Positions 19,901 through 29,522 of a DNA stretch of 64,000 nucleotides are shown here, in pieces; the stretch's first letter is position 1; each line of letters begins with the position of its first letter. Where the stretch lies: IMG/VR virus record IMGVR_UViG_3300032212_000003, positions 1-64,000 of that record; one strand, written 5' to 3'. The DNA comes from a virus (lineage: Duplodnaviria > Caudoviricetes). The position numbers and the translations under genes were made by a program. The notes under the pieces were generated by a model. It did not search any database. It was not told the origin of the DNA and saw nothing but the letters and a program-made list of their open reading frames with translations.

Positions 19901-22900
19901 TATAATAGATGGAGAAACTATAAGTGTATCCAGCCAGGCAGGATTAGCTTATCGAAGCTCTTTACATGGATCCAGTGAATTTATTTATGGAGATGAAGAT
20001 GCCGGGTTTCAGTACCTACCTGCAAATTTAGTTCCGTCTGGAACTATTCCAGACTATTCGGAAACTGCTCAAACTTTACAGCTGGTAGAGGTATTAAATT
20101 CTCCTCAGTCAGCTGAAGGTAATTTGTCCACCATAGAGATAACTGTAACAGCTCCCTCAGATACCTCTTATGCGTACTCCAACATATATTATAGATTGCA
20201 AGGTGACACCCAGTGGACCTTTTTGCTGCCAGCTGCAGGTGCGTCCGTAGAGGTTACTCAGATAGTATCCAGTGATGGAGCCACTTGGGAATATTTAGCA
20301 AGACCGGTTTCTCTATCAGGAAACGAAAATAACGAAGGTTTGTCAGCCGTAATAACTACCACCAATGTAGAAGCTGCACCTCCCACAGAGCCACAACTTC
20401 CAACCTGGTTACCACTGGCTACTCCAGCTAATTTGGCCTTACTGGGAGGCGGCACTGAATTTACCGGAAAGGCATGCCACATTGTTTGGGATTACGATGC
20501 AACGGCGTCTGCCACTCCTCAACATTTTCTACATTATAAAGTGGAAGTTTACAACGCTTCCGGAACAGACACACTTCAAAGAACGTTTGTAACCTCAGAT
20601 CCATGGTTTGAGTATACAGAACAGATGGCCACCGAAGACGGAGGCCCGTACCGGGAACTTAGATTTGATATAGTGGCCGTTGGAAGAAAGGGTCACGAAA
20701 GTTCAATAGCGACAGCCAACTATACCAATCCCCAGGCCGGCACCCCTTTGTCAGTTACACTGTCAAATATATTCCAAGCCATAACTATGAATTATACACT
20801 GCCAAATGAGAATGATCTGGCAGGTATTTTAGTTTATATAAATGACGTATCAGGGTTTACCGCGGATGCTGATACCTTAGTGTACGATGGACAGGAAACA
20901 TCCCTGTATTTGTCTCAGTTTGCCTCGTTGGGCGTACTGTCTAACATGGTATCAGGTTCTACTTATTATGTAAGATACGGCCTGTATGATTCTTTTGGAG
21001 TAACTGGAGTAACTCTGTCAGCGGAACAATCTATAACGGTTCAAGGTGGGATAGCAGCAGCGGATGTGTCAGGACTAAGCGCCTGGGCAACCAGAACCAC
21101 CGCAGCTGACGCTGCATTTATAGCGGCCAATATTGGAAACGATGCTATAACCTCCACCCAGATAGCATCCATTGTGGCAGGGAAGATAACCACCGGAACA
21201 TTGTCAGCAACACTGACAGTCAGTGGACTTTTGCAAACTGCAGCCTCCGGTTGGAGAGTAGACGTAGGTCCGGTAATAGATGGCCCGGACACTTTTGTTT
21301 TGCGTTACCACAATGGTCTGGGAAATTCGAAATTCCAAATGGACTCACTTGGAAATATTTCCATAGATGGGACCGTTACCATAGGAGCTACTTTAGCTTC
21401 CACCATTGAATCCAATGCAGCCTCTGGAGCCACTTTTACTTCAGGGGATGCTGGAGCTTTGGCTACGGCAAACACCGCAGATTTTGCTACTCAAGTTTCT
21501 GGAGCAGCAAAACCTGCCAATAATGCAACGGTAGGCGCAGATTGGAATTCAAATCTTACCAGCTACCCAGGAGACCTTGCAGTACTCAATATCAATACCA
21601 CGAAAACTGATGTGGGGTTGAGCAATGTAGATAATCAGTCAGCAGCCACTATCCAAGCAGGTACTACTAAAGCCAATGTTGGACTTGGAAGCGTATCTGA
21701 CCTTACCCCTTCAGCAATGGCTCAGACCGGATTGAATACCGGTACGACTATAACTGGAGGAGGGATACAATTAAATGGCGGAGGATCCTTAAGAACTTTA
21801 GGAAAATCTTATGGAATAGGTAATGGTGTATTTTTTGGGTGGGATGCTACAGCGTATAAGTTGGATTTGACCAGTACTACAAATTCCTTAAGGTTTAACG
21901 GAACAGACTTAGACATAACTGGCACCATAACTGGATCATCTATTATAGGTGGAAGTATTGTCACAGCGACCTCTGGGAAGAGAGTTGATATAAATGTAGG
22001 AGGTAGTAATGAAGCCAGGTTTTATGACTCTTTAGGTGTAATAAAAGCTACTATAGGTATAAACACATCTGGTTTAGACACTTATGTTATAGAATTAACT
22101 CCTGGTACAAGTGAGATAGGATTGTTTAGCTCTTCTACTAGTAGTCGTGGAATAGTAGAGTGCGAAAATGCTGGGCTAGGTCCTGGACTTAAAGGTGAAA
22201 GCTTATCCACAACTAGTAGTACTGCAGGTGTAGAAGGAGTAGGTAACAATGGCTGTGGAGTTAGAGGTACTGTAGCTCAAGGGCTAGCAGGTGTTCTTGG
22301 AGAGTCTACTAATGGCTCAGTAGGAGTGAGCGGTGTATCTGACAGTGTTGGAGCAGGTAGTTCTTCTAGCATAGGAGTAAAAGGGGACTCTGTAAATGGA
22401 ACTTCTGTCTGGTGCGGTGCTACAGGTTCTACAGGAGCACCTCTTAGGATAGAACCATATGCAGCATCTGCTGCAGCACCTACACATAGCTCTAGTGATG
22501 GAGACTTCTGGGTAACTTCTGCTGGAGTACTATACTACTACGATGCAGGTTGGACTAAAGTTGTTACAGGCCCAGCTCATCAGGCAGATATAAGTACAAC
22601 AACTGGAGAAGTTTCTAGTACAACAACTTCATTAACTAATATAATTTTACCAGGTGGATCTTACGGATTTTACCCAAGAGTTAGACAAAGTAACAGCAAT
22701 ACCAGTAGTGCTGCGATAGTTACTAGCAATTCTAGTATATCTTCAACCTATGCAGCTAGAATAGCTTTATCTGACCCGGACACTGGAACTACCTACGCAG
22801 ATCAAACTTATGTCAATGCTTCCCCACCTTATGATTTAGGTGATGGGGAAATACCATTATTTATATTTGCTTTAGTAGAAAATTCCACTGGAAATGTAGT

Positions 22901-23339
22901 TTCTATGTATACTGCACAAGAGGCACCTTGGCATTACAATGGACCCACTTGTATAATACCAGATGGAGTTGATACAGCTGGAAATCAGTACCGAATGATA
23001 AAAACTATACCTGCTGAAATACTGGCAATGCCAGAAAGATTAAGATACTCAGCAATGTCTGAAGTAATTCCCGATAAAGTAGAACTTACTCAAGCCATTA
23101 AGAACCAGGACATGGACATTTTGCCTCACCCGTTTGATAATTTACCTGGCCATACTGCGGTATTATTAGATCCAATGGGCGCTGTATGCGAAGACCTTAT
23201 AGAAGCTGGAAAACAAGGAGAAGATATTCATGACATATTCTACAATAAATTCATAACAGTAGGGAATACTATGCTGAAAAGGAGTGGACCAGCTGGTTTA
23301 CTTATACCTTCATTAAAGTGGAAAAATTCTAATCCTTAG
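16929..23339 (+). CDS. tail tip / central fibre (hub, FN3-like and Gly-rich fibre regions)
   Basis: 2136 aa, GTG start; FN3-like segments, IVAGKITTGTL fibre motif, GV.G.S beta-helix repeats. Confidence 0.8.
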   Translation: MKTVNTNHLVNLKAISKSPRSTIVISFDDDDTDLVYISSHSDGSAPDGELHLAGYLEKDKISNQTQSVDVGKSTSTLGKFKFSVIDKGGAFSTLIGAKENAGFGLRKKRVVLYTGFKGDLWQDYEIDSTYIIDSSDQDELSFMYDCTDVNRLTRTKIFTPKIQYLRSSISASEKTFSIPVTGFDSATNTISVTKTGKLSGLDFEIGRIIDIAGTASNNGAFTVDSTTEDTVVVIEALVDETVAATASHTLRIQLTGSDLASYQAIEHDSQYEVWPGDTIGLVKIGEEIFLHDGPVQDVTYGYCIPVRLDGRGVLDTKIEPHEFDTGAEVDTQPEVKEVFYIEGAGPKIALSLLTGTLYGQTGTLPDNMHCAVPAKFIRTADFVNIGLDLWNPTTGTGRNLQFIIEEEVSAKDFIEKQIMLWLGCFTVIHADGSLGIKKIPSMKNLTGYVATIDNSLHFKRSSLKRKLNKVLNQIIVKWGKIVLKDKYTKTTPLVDATSIGTHKVNTPKVYHFDGVRLGASTDENIRDYLRTWRDLYAAPPYELTINVMYKLRQVEVGDALRVNLPEYKDVIKDQPFDRVMMVTSANYNPMSGDMRLTLIGPSTSPSPLLPVSASVKLDPAYYTPPSPATELGQAVIAGGGAMTGNVITSSPTLIGSPDMNSLDSVFYYAGDIQLADGVDIFIYDNVNFRINGYSNFTGNIISIGSSNTGGSGEDAAYQVIDITGDVVTFSENADNLAIGDDIQTYPHSSGRWLSVASKPTADSITVGYPDGGTINSSATVVGLTNLSHLFYGDVDSKNNVLAVQGFGINRGEGGLRAKYYSSGTQYSNTDQGVTDYAPDSVGEFSRHINIVNNGDSLGGLPTKFTGTGGTGGKIAATSAPSRPFEAISSAGTYMAMANGGAGGDGGAGFLLVCKGAGFGINGGIDLTGESGTLGDLYPLPVGLLPGDLTGSSGTGGNPGFALILYDGDYTVPNIEGKITSQMGATPTQGVPIIDGETISVSSQAGLAYRSSLHGSSEFIYGDEDAGFQYLPANLVPSGTIPDYSETAQTLQLVEVLNSPQSAEGNLSTIEITVTAPSDTSYAYSNIYYRLQGDTQWTFLLPAAGASVEVTQIVSSDGATWEYLARPVSLSGNENNEGLSAVITTTNVEAAPPTEPQLPTWLPLATPANLALLGGGTEFTGKACHIVWDYDATASATPQHFLHYKVEVYNASGTDTLQRTFVTSDPWFEYTEQMATEDGGPYRELRFDIVAVGRKGHESSIATANYTNPQAGTPLSVTLSNIFQAITMNYTLPNENDLAGILVYINDVSGFTADADTLVYDGQETSLYLSQFASLGVLSNMVSGSTYYVRYGLYDSFGVTGVTLSAEQSITVQGGIAAADVSGLSAWATRTTAADAAFIAANIGNDAITSTQIASIVAGKITTGTLSATLTVSGLLQTAASGWRVDVGPVIDGPDTFVLRYHNGLGNSKFQMDSLGNISIDGTVTIGATLASTIESNAASGATFTSGDAGALATANTADFATQVSGAAKPANNATVGADWNSNLTSYPGDLAVLNINTTKTDVGLSNVDNQSAATIQAGTTKANVGLGSVSDLTPSAMAQTGLNTGTTITGGGIQLNGGGSLRTLGKSYGIGNGVFFGWDATAYKLDLTSTTNSLRFNGTDLDITGTITGSSIIGGSIVTATSGKRVDINVGGSNEARFYDSLGVIKATIGINTSGLDTYVIELTPGTSEIGLFSSSTSSRGIVECENAGLGPGLKGESLSTTSSTAGVEGVGNNGCGVRGTVAQGLAGVLGESTNGSVGVSGVSDSVGAGSSSSIGVKGDSVNGTSVWCGATGSTGAPLRIEPYAASAAAPTHSSSDGDFWVTSAGVLYYYDAGWTKVVTGPAHQADISTTTGEVSSTTTSLTNIILPGGSYGFYPRVRQSNSNTSSAAIVTSNSSISSTYAARIALSDPDTGTTYADQTYVNASPPYDLGDGEIPLFIFALVENSTGNVVSMYTAQEAPWHYNGPTCIIPDGVDTAGNQYRMIKTIPAEILAMPERLRYSAMSEVIPDKVELTQAIKNQDMDILPHPFDNLPGHTAVLLDPMGAVCEDLIEAGKQGEDIHDIFYNKFITVGNTMLKRSGPAGLLIPSLKWKNSNP

Positions 23340-23366
23340 ATTAGCAAACAACTGGAGAGATTTACT

Positions 23367-23564
23367 ATGATAAACAAAGCAGTGGACGGTGCAATATCTC
23401 AGCACCAACAAGAATTACAATCTTTGGCAAAAGATATAGCTATGATGACCATCGAATTAGATAAAAAGAAAGAAAGGTTCGTGGTAGTAAATAATATACT
23501 AAGTACCTTTGAATTTGTCCAAGAGCAGACTAATATACAGGAAGCTGGAAAAAATAAAGATTAG
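23367..23564 (+). CDS. hypothetical coiled-coil protein
   Basis: 65 aa, GGAG RBS. Confidence 0.6.
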   Translation: MINKAVDGAISQHQQELQSLAKDIAMMTIELDKKKERFVVVNNILSTFEFVQEQTNIQEAGKNKD

Positions 23565-23616
23565 ACGTAAAGACTAATAAATGTAAGAATACTGAAAACG
23601 CACTGAGGTACACACC

Positions 23617-23790
23617 ATGCAAAGCTTATCAAAAGGTAAAGTACAACTTTTCGGACTTGTCAGAGACAAAGATGGAAAGCCTAAAATAGACGACATACAT
23701 AACATACCAGAACCTATCTGGAATATGTTGTCTAAATCCGAGCAACAGGAGATAGAAAATGGCCGCAACTCACGCACCAGCAACCCGTAA
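23617..23790 (+). CDS. hypothetical protein (57 aa, not in ORF track)
   Basis: TGAGGT RBS and ATG; MQSLSKGKVQLFGLVRDKDGKPKIDD...; overlaps the next gene. Confidence 0.65.
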   Translation: MQSLSKGKVQLFGLVRDKDGKPKIDDIHNIPEPIWNMLSKSEQQEIENGRNSRTSNP

Positions 23791-24130
23791 CGGCATAGCA
23801 GCCCTTGTATTAGCTAACATCGATGCAGATGTCGGCGCAGGCAATTTAGTTTTTCAGACCACAGGCGGAGCTGCGGATGTAGCCACTCTACCCTTGACAG
23901 ATCCGGCAGGTGTAGTGGCAGCTGAGGTACTTACTTTTAACGCTATAAGCTCCGACACTAACGCAGCTGGAGGCACTATAGCAGAAGCTTCTATCCAAGC
24001 TAATTTGGGCGCTGAAGTTTTACATTGTGACGTAGGCGTATCTGGATCTGATATTAACCTATCCAGTCTGGTTATTTCAGCAGGCGATACCGTAACAGTA
24101 TCCGCTCTTACTTACACTGCACCTGTATAA
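23759..24130 (+). CDS. minor tail/fibre-associated structural protein
   Basis: 123-aa Ala-rich beta protein; AGGAG RBS. Confidence 0.6.
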   Translation: MAATHAPATRNGIAALVLANIDADVGAGNLVFQTTGGAADVATLPLTDPAGVVAAEVLTFNAISSDTNAAGGTIAEASIQANLGAEVLHCDVGVSGSDINLSSLVISAGDTVTVSALTYTAPV

Positions 24131-24173
24131 GTCGCTATAAAAATTTGAATAAACAGTAACTGGGAGAGGCTAT

Positions 24174-24563
24174 ATGCCAGGCGTAACACCTAACGAAGGT
24201 AAAGATGTAATACTTGAGCTAATTTATGCCGGCAATGATTTTACCATCGGACTATTTACTAATAGTTCAGGTTTGTCTGAAACCTCTGTCTTTTCTGATT
24301 TGGTAGAACCCTCTTCCGCTGGTGGGTATGTTACCCAAACATTAACTGGAGCCTCGTGGACAGTAGCACTTCAAAATGCCACCTATCCACTTGTCCAGTT
24401 CAATGCTTCTGGAGCAAATTTCTCAGCTCCTGTTTATGGGTACTTCATAGCTACAATTGAAGCCACTCCAAAAATTTTACATTTCGAAGTAGATCCCTCA
24501 GCTCCTAGAACCATTGTAGATGGCGGACCAGCCTACAATGTAGACTTATCGAGCATAGTATAG
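24174..24563 (+). CDS. minor tail/fibre-associated structural protein
   Basis: 129 aa with TPNEG...GGY..QTL...W...ATYP motif typical of phage fibre-associated proteins. Confidence 0.6.
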   Translation: MPGVTPNEGKDVILELIYAGNDFTIGLFTNSSGLSETSVFSDLVEPSSAGGYVTQTLTGASWTVALQNATYPLVQFNASGANFSAPVYGYFIATIEATPKILHFEVDPSAPRTIVDGGPAYNVDLSSIV

Positions 24564-25873
24564 TGGGAGTCAAACTACTCAGCGGCGGAACTCCTACACC
24601 ATTTCCTAATCCGTTTAGCTGGGTCGAGGGCCTTGGTTTAGATACCGATCCAAGTTTTACAGCTATTCCAGCCAAAGATGTCAGGGCAACAAATGGCGTT
24701 GGGATTGACTACCAGCGGGTATTTGAGCCATCAGACGATTTAACTTATAGTGCCGTGTGGATGGTACTGGAATATTCACGTCATGAGGCATGTAACGCTC
24801 CGGACGCTAATGGCAATAGCTCGCGTATTCTCGTACTTGGAAGTGATAACTTCTGGCACATTTACAATATAAATTTAGATGGAAACAACGAAGTAACAAC
24901 TGTTACATATGACCACGCAATTGTTAATCCATCGGGAATAACTTTAGCAGAAGGAACTTGGGACCCGGTTGACCGTGACGTATTTACATATGTCGGAAAA
25001 GAAGCAACCAGTCTTGTAATGTATGAGTGGAATTGTGCTAATCAAACCGAATCAGTAAGATTTGATTGGACGGCTCAAATCCAAGCGAGGCATCCATCAT
25101 GGTCAGATGCTGTGGGTATAGCAAATATTGATGAAGGAATGTATTCTGATGATGGTCGCTATGCTGCATTTTTAGTTCGTGCAGCAGCATTTGCCTACCG
25201 GGGCATAGTTTGTGTTGACATGCAAACGAATACCATCCTTGGTTCCATAGAAGGGGGAGTTGAGCCCAATTATATAACAATGTCCCCCAGTGGAGACTAT
25301 GTATCTCCAAGCTGGTATAACACTGGCGGTCCATCTGGGACTGGTGGTGCTTGGGTATACAATAAAGACTTCACCAATCCACGTAGGATTTCAGTAGCCA
25401 ACGGTGAACACGCTGATATGGTCAAAGGGGCAGATGGGGATGACTATTATGTGACAATTGGATTTGGTGATGTTTCTCAAATACCAGGACATGTGGGTGC
25501 AACTGATTGGATTTACGCAGTTAATTGTAGAACGCAAGTTGTAACAAATTTATACTATACATACGATGCTAATGTGACAGACGCAATTCATTTTTCTGGA
25601 CGGTGTATTGGATTACCTGGTTATATTGTAACTTCTCATTACTCATTGAATGACCGTGATGGAATATACTTAACAAACATCCATGATGGTACAATTCGTC
25701 GCATAGGTTATTCGCATGTAATTGGTGCTCCCAGCTATTACCACCAACCGCATGCTATGATAAGTCCAAGTGGTAAACATGTTTTTTCTTCGACTAATGC
25801 TGAAGGAACCAGTACAAACCCGTACTCTATAATGTTTCACTTACCAATTGATTCTATACCACCTGCAATTTAG
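24563..25873 (+). CDS. beta-propeller protein (TolB/oligogalacturonate-lyase-like)
   Basis: Repeated MYSDDGRY, TMSPSGDY and MISPSGKHVFSST blade motifs; GTG start. Confidence 0.55.
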   Translation: MGVKLLSGGTPTPFPNPFSWVEGLGLDTDPSFTAIPAKDVRATNGVGIDYQRVFEPSDDLTYSAVWMVLEYSRHEACNAPDANGNSSRILVLGSDNFWHIYNINLDGNNEVTTVTYDHAIVNPSGITLAEGTWDPVDRDVFTYVGKEATSLVMYEWNCANQTESVRFDWTAQIQARHPSWSDAVGIANIDEGMYSDDGRYAAFLVRAAAFAYRGIVCVDMQTNTILGSIEGGVEPNYITMSPSGDYVSPSWYNTGGPSGTGGAWVYNKDFTNPRRISVANGEHADMVKGADGDDYYVTIGFGDVSQIPGHVGATDWIYAVNCRTQVVTNLYYTYDANVTDAIHFSGRCIGLPGYIVTSHYSLNDRDGIYLTNIHDGTIRRIGYSHVIGAPSYYHQPHAMISPSGKHVFSSTNAEGTSTNPYSIMFHLPIDSIPPAI

Positions 25874-25883
25874 GAAGTAAGCA

Positions 25884-27011
25884 ATGGCAATTACAGAAAA
25901 GACTATACTAAACTTCGGTACGGCAGTTCTCGTAACGAATGAAACTGCCAATAACTTAGATTCTCCAGCAGTTGGAACGGATTTAGTTGGTATTTCCTTG
26001 GGCGTTACTGGTGTGACCTTTGATCTGATCACAGGTTTCAGTGCTAATTCAGCTACCTCACCGGGGCCGGGTGCTGATCTAACGGACCAGCAAATAAATT
26101 CCGCCAATATGTATAATGCAGCGGGTAGCATAAGCTGTACTCTTACTTTTCCTGTCGCTCACGGCCCTGTAGATATTCGTGTTTATAACTGTGTTGATGG
26201 GTTCTTTACCGGTCAGGACAACATGACCGCCAGTGCAATTGGCCTGACCACTGTGTCTGAAAGTAGGGGCTTACTCCTAGCTACAGATATTGGCTCCAAT
26301 AATCCAAACGGTGAGTTCTTCACATTATTAAATGTCACACCTGATGCTTCAAATCAGATTGTAATCCAGTTGGATAATGATGAAGCAGCCCCAGCCGGTT
26401 TACAGGGCATTGTTCTGTTCCCCGCAGCCGCAGCAAATCCTGTTTTAAGTGCTCCAACTAACACTAAAACCTCAACATCTATAACACCAAGTGTTTCAAC
26501 TGACACTGTTGCCGGAACAGTTTATGCTGTTGCTGTAGATACTGGTGCTGGCGTTCCTTCAGCCGCACAGATAATAGCCGGAACTGACTCACTGGACGCA
26601 GCAACACCGAATAGTAATTCAGCAGTTTCTGCCAGCCCTCAGGCTCTACCGGCATTAGCTGGATTGTCTGCATCAACTGGATATGACATTTATTTAGTTC
26701 AGGTTGATGGAACTAATTCTAATGTAGTGTCGATGATCAATGTCATTACAGATGCTGAGACCACTCAAACATCTTTTAGCCTGACTGATAATGAAGCTGT
26801 AACTTCACCAGTAGCAAGCACGGCATTTAGTTTTGCGATATACACCGGGATAGGTGGTACGCTCTTAGAAACAGGAACATTCTCTACAGATGTTAATGGG
26901 GACGTAACTATATCAGGACTAACTTCAACTCCAGCCGGGTCAGCGTATATCTTATGTTGGATAACCGCCACTCCTACTTTCGTATCTCCATTCGCTATAA
27001 CGGTGACATAA
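25884..27011 (+). CDS. virion-associated protein with FN3/Ig-like domain
   Basis: GTVYAVAV...PSAAQIIAG...LAGLSASTGYDIYLVQ segment resembles FN3-like domains of bacterial surface proteins. Confidence 0.5.
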   Translation: MAITEKTILNFGTAVLVTNETANNLDSPAVGTDLVGISLGVTGVTFDLITGFSANSATSPGPGADLTDQQINSANMYNAAGSISCTLTFPVAHGPVDIRVYNCVDGFFTGQDNMTASAIGLTTVSESRGLLLATDIGSNNPNGEFFTLLNVTPDASNQIVIQLDNDEAAPAGLQGIVLFPAAAANPVLSAPTNTKTSTSITPSVSTDTVAGTVYAVAVDTGAGVPSAAQIIAGTDSLDAATPNSNSAVSASPQALPALAGLSASTGYDIYLVQVDGTNSNVVSMINVITDAETTQTSFSLTDNEAVTSPVASTAFSFAIYTGIGGTLLETGTFSTDVNGDVTISGLTSTPAGSAYILCWITATPTFVSPFAITVT

Positions 27012-29153
27012 ATGCCATTTCTAGTATTTAATACAGAAAATGGACAGGCTCCTGTTGGAGATTTCGTTGTTGCAGATGTCAATCAATATGTTCCTCCTAT
27101 TACAGGATCTGGTTCATTAGTATCACAATCAGCCACGATATCAGGGACTGGATCACAGAGTGGGTTTGTTTCCGATACATTTGATGGGAACGGTGCTCTT
27201 GGAGCACACTGGCTTGCCCATCAACCTGAGCGTAGAGTAAGCGGAACTTCCAGAGTTAATGGATACTTTGAAGGAGATATATTAGTAGGAGAAAATGACG
27301 GAAATATCACCGAGTGGTATGCTGGATTATCCGGGGCATATCACTATCAGGAAGTTGATTTTCCAGCATCTGGGTTTACAGAATTTATAATAAAAGGAGT
27401 TGGTGTTGGACCCGTTTCTACACCGCAAGATAATCTACCATCAAACGGGGGTTATGCATTTGCCGGCGTAATGGCGCATGTTGCAAACTCATTTGCAGCA
27501 AACAGTTATGAATTTGCTGTAGTAGGTCACAGAGGAAGCACAGCAGCTACTATAGAAACAAAATCAACTCTAAATAGCAGTAGTTCAGTATTGGATGAAG
27601 GTCCAAATGTATTCACTGGTACTGGTGTAACTCACGGCGATATAAGAATAAGATTGTATTCAGATAGTACGGTTGAGTTTGCCTACTCTGACCTGGACGC
27701 TGACTCGTGGACATTAATAAACGGTACTGGTTCAACACCAGCAACCAATAAGCCAACATTTGGGTCATCAGTATATATAGGGTTGATCATATATGCTGAA
27801 GGAGGGCTAGAACTTCCGTTCACAGGTACAGTAAGCTCCTTCCAGAAAGCTCCTTTATTCTCTGTTCATACAGGTACGGGAGCGTTATCATCACAACCCT
27901 GTCAGGTGTCAGGTGCAGGTGTTCGTGAAGTGTCCGGAGTTGGTACCTTAACTTCTCAAAATTCTGCCATCTCAGGTACCGGAGCCAGAGAAGTGTCCGG
28001 AGTTGGTACCTTAACTTCTCAAAATTCTGCCATCTCAGGTACCGGAGCCAGGGAAGTGTCAGGATCAGGTTCTCTGACTTCTCAAGAATCCAGTGTATCC
28101 GGAGCAGGGACTTCTTCAGCGCCAGGTTCAGGTGACCTAATATCTCAAGTCGCTCAAATTTCTGGAGTAGGGTCCAGAGAGGTATCAGGTACAGGTACCT
28201 TGACCGCTCAAAATTCTCAAGTTTCAGGTACCGGCATAAAAGAAGTAACCGGATCAGGTACCTTAAGCTCCCAAGATTCTGTAGTTTCAGGGTCAGGCAC
28301 TGCTATAGCTAATTACAATATAGTGGCGGACATATCAGTAACACTGACAATAGATTCCACTTTCAGTATGTCATCAATACATACTGGGTCGGGGGCCTTG
28401 GCTTCACAGGAGGCCACTGTAGCAGGTTCTGGAGCTTCCTCATCTGAGCATACAGGAACAGGTACCTTGGCCTCTCAGGCGGCTTCTTTAAACGGCACAG
28501 GAGTGGCTACATCTCCCGGTACCGGTGATTTAGTATCTCAGCCAGGTTCCATATCAGGCGTTGGCTCCAGAGAAGTCTCAGGAGTAGGATCACTAATTTC
28601 TCAAGAAAGTAACATTGCAGGGATTGGAGGTACGTTAGTTTCAGGTACAGGGGCTTTGATATCACAATCAGGTTCGGTTAACGGAACAGGTAGTCGGTCT
28701 TCAGTAGGTTCTGGAACATTAAATTCACAGACCGCTGACGTATCCGGTACCGGAACCTCAAGTGCCACAATTACGGGGTCTGGATCGTTAGTATCTCAGC
28801 CAGCTACCTTGTTAGGGGCCGGGGAATCTATCACGGTAGGGGCCGGAAGCTTAGTATCCCAGCCTTCTGAAATCAGTGGTACAGGTTCTCGGGAAGTGGT
28901 TGGAGCTGGAAGCTTAATATCCCAACCATCCACCATATCAGGTATAGGAAATATTGTAGGAGCCATAGTGGGATCAGGGGCCATGGTGGCATCCTCTTCT
29001 CAAATATCAGGGTCTGGAGTAAGGAACGTAGCCGGAGTAGGCAGTTTAATAGCAGCTTCTGGAAACATTGTAGGATATACTGTAGTTACACTGCCAGGCG
29101 GTGTACTGACCTTAGAGGTCGAAGACAAGACTTTAGAAGTTACAGCAAATTAG
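27012..29153 (+). CDS. repeat-rich fibre protein with inserted beta-sandwich domain
   Basis: About 20 copies of a 21-22-aa GSGxLxSQxxxISGxG repeat, plus a non-repetitive ~240-aa domain near the N-terminus. Confidence 0.65.
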   Translation: MPFLVFNTENGQAPVGDFVVADVNQYVPPITGSGSLVSQSATISGTGSQSGFVSDTFDGNGALGAHWLAHQPERRVSGTSRVNGYFEGDILVGENDGNITEWYAGLSGAYHYQEVDFPASGFTEFIIKGVGVGPVSTPQDNLPSNGGYAFAGVMAHVANSFAANSYEFAVVGHRGSTAATIETKSTLNSSSSVLDEGPNVFTGTGVTHGDIRIRLYSDSTVEFAYSDLDADSWTLINGTGSTPATNKPTFGSSVYIGLIIYAEGGLELPFTGTVSSFQKAPLFSVHTGTGALSSQPCQVSGAGVREVSGVGTLTSQNSAISGTGAREVSGVGTLTSQNSAISGTGAREVSGSGSLTSQESSVSGAGTSSAPGSGDLISQVAQISGVGSREVSGTGTLTAQNSQVSGTGIKEVTGSGTLSSQDSVVSGSGTAIANYNIVADISVTLTIDSTFSMSSIHTGSGALASQEATVAGSGASSSEHTGTGTLASQAASLNGTGVATSPGTGDLVSQPGSISGVGSREVSGVGSLISQESNIAGIGGTLVSGTGALISQSGSVNGTGSRSSVGSGTLNSQTADVSGTGTSSATITGSGSLVSQPATLLGAGESITVGAGSLVSQPSEISGTGSREVVGAGSLISQPSTISGIGNIVGAIVGSGAMVASSSQISGSGVRNVAGVGSLIAASGNIVGYTVVTLPGGVLTLEVEDKTLEVTAN
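27927..28060 (+). repeat. 63-bp tandem duplication
   Basis: Copies start at 27927 and 27990 (third copy begins at 28053); they differ at one base. Confidence 0.9.
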
Positions 29154-29162
29154 AGGACAGTT

Positions 29163-29510
29163 ATGGCTACTCAAAAATTAACGGTAGGGGATTCAGTGGG
29201 GCTTAGGTGTACACTTTACAGAGCCAAAACAATAGTTCCCATAAACTCATCTTCTACCATAAGAGTAGCCGTAACTAATATGCGCAGCACCGTGTCTTTT
29301 ACCGGTTCTGTAACACTCGACATAAATGACTCATCCCATGCACTGGGGTCAGGAGTTGTCTGGGCGTACATACCGGCAGCCCTTACTCAAGATATGATAC
29401 CGGGGGACGCTATTTTGGAGATAGAGGTAAATGATCCAACTGAAGTACCTGGGAATCAACAATCGACCTGGAAGCTAAAAGTTAAAGTACAGGCCAGCAC
29501 TATAAACTAA
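29163..29510 (+). CDS. BppU-N-like structural protein
   Basis: 115 aa; LTVGDS...GDAILEIEV pattern; follows the fibre gene. Confidence 0.45.
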   Translation: MATQKLTVGDSVGLRCTLYRAKTIVPINSSSTIRVAVTNMRSTVSFTGSVTLDINDSSHALGSGVVWAYIPAALTQDMIPGDAILEIEVNDPTEVPGNQQSTWKLKVKVQASTIN

Positions 29511-29522
29511 GGAATTGATATT

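Noticed and set aside
23650-23665. TTCGGACTTGTCAGAG, a 14/16 match to the early palindrome
   Set aside because: It lies inside a coding region, is not near a start and has a broken right arm; probably chance.
16929-29153. Diversity-generating retroelement or invertible tail-fibre switch
   Set aside because: No reverse transcriptase, invertase, template/variable repeat pair or inverted crossover sites were seen.
27012-29153. CRISPR-like array in the repeated DNA
   Set aside because: The repeats are in-frame coding units without unique spacers.
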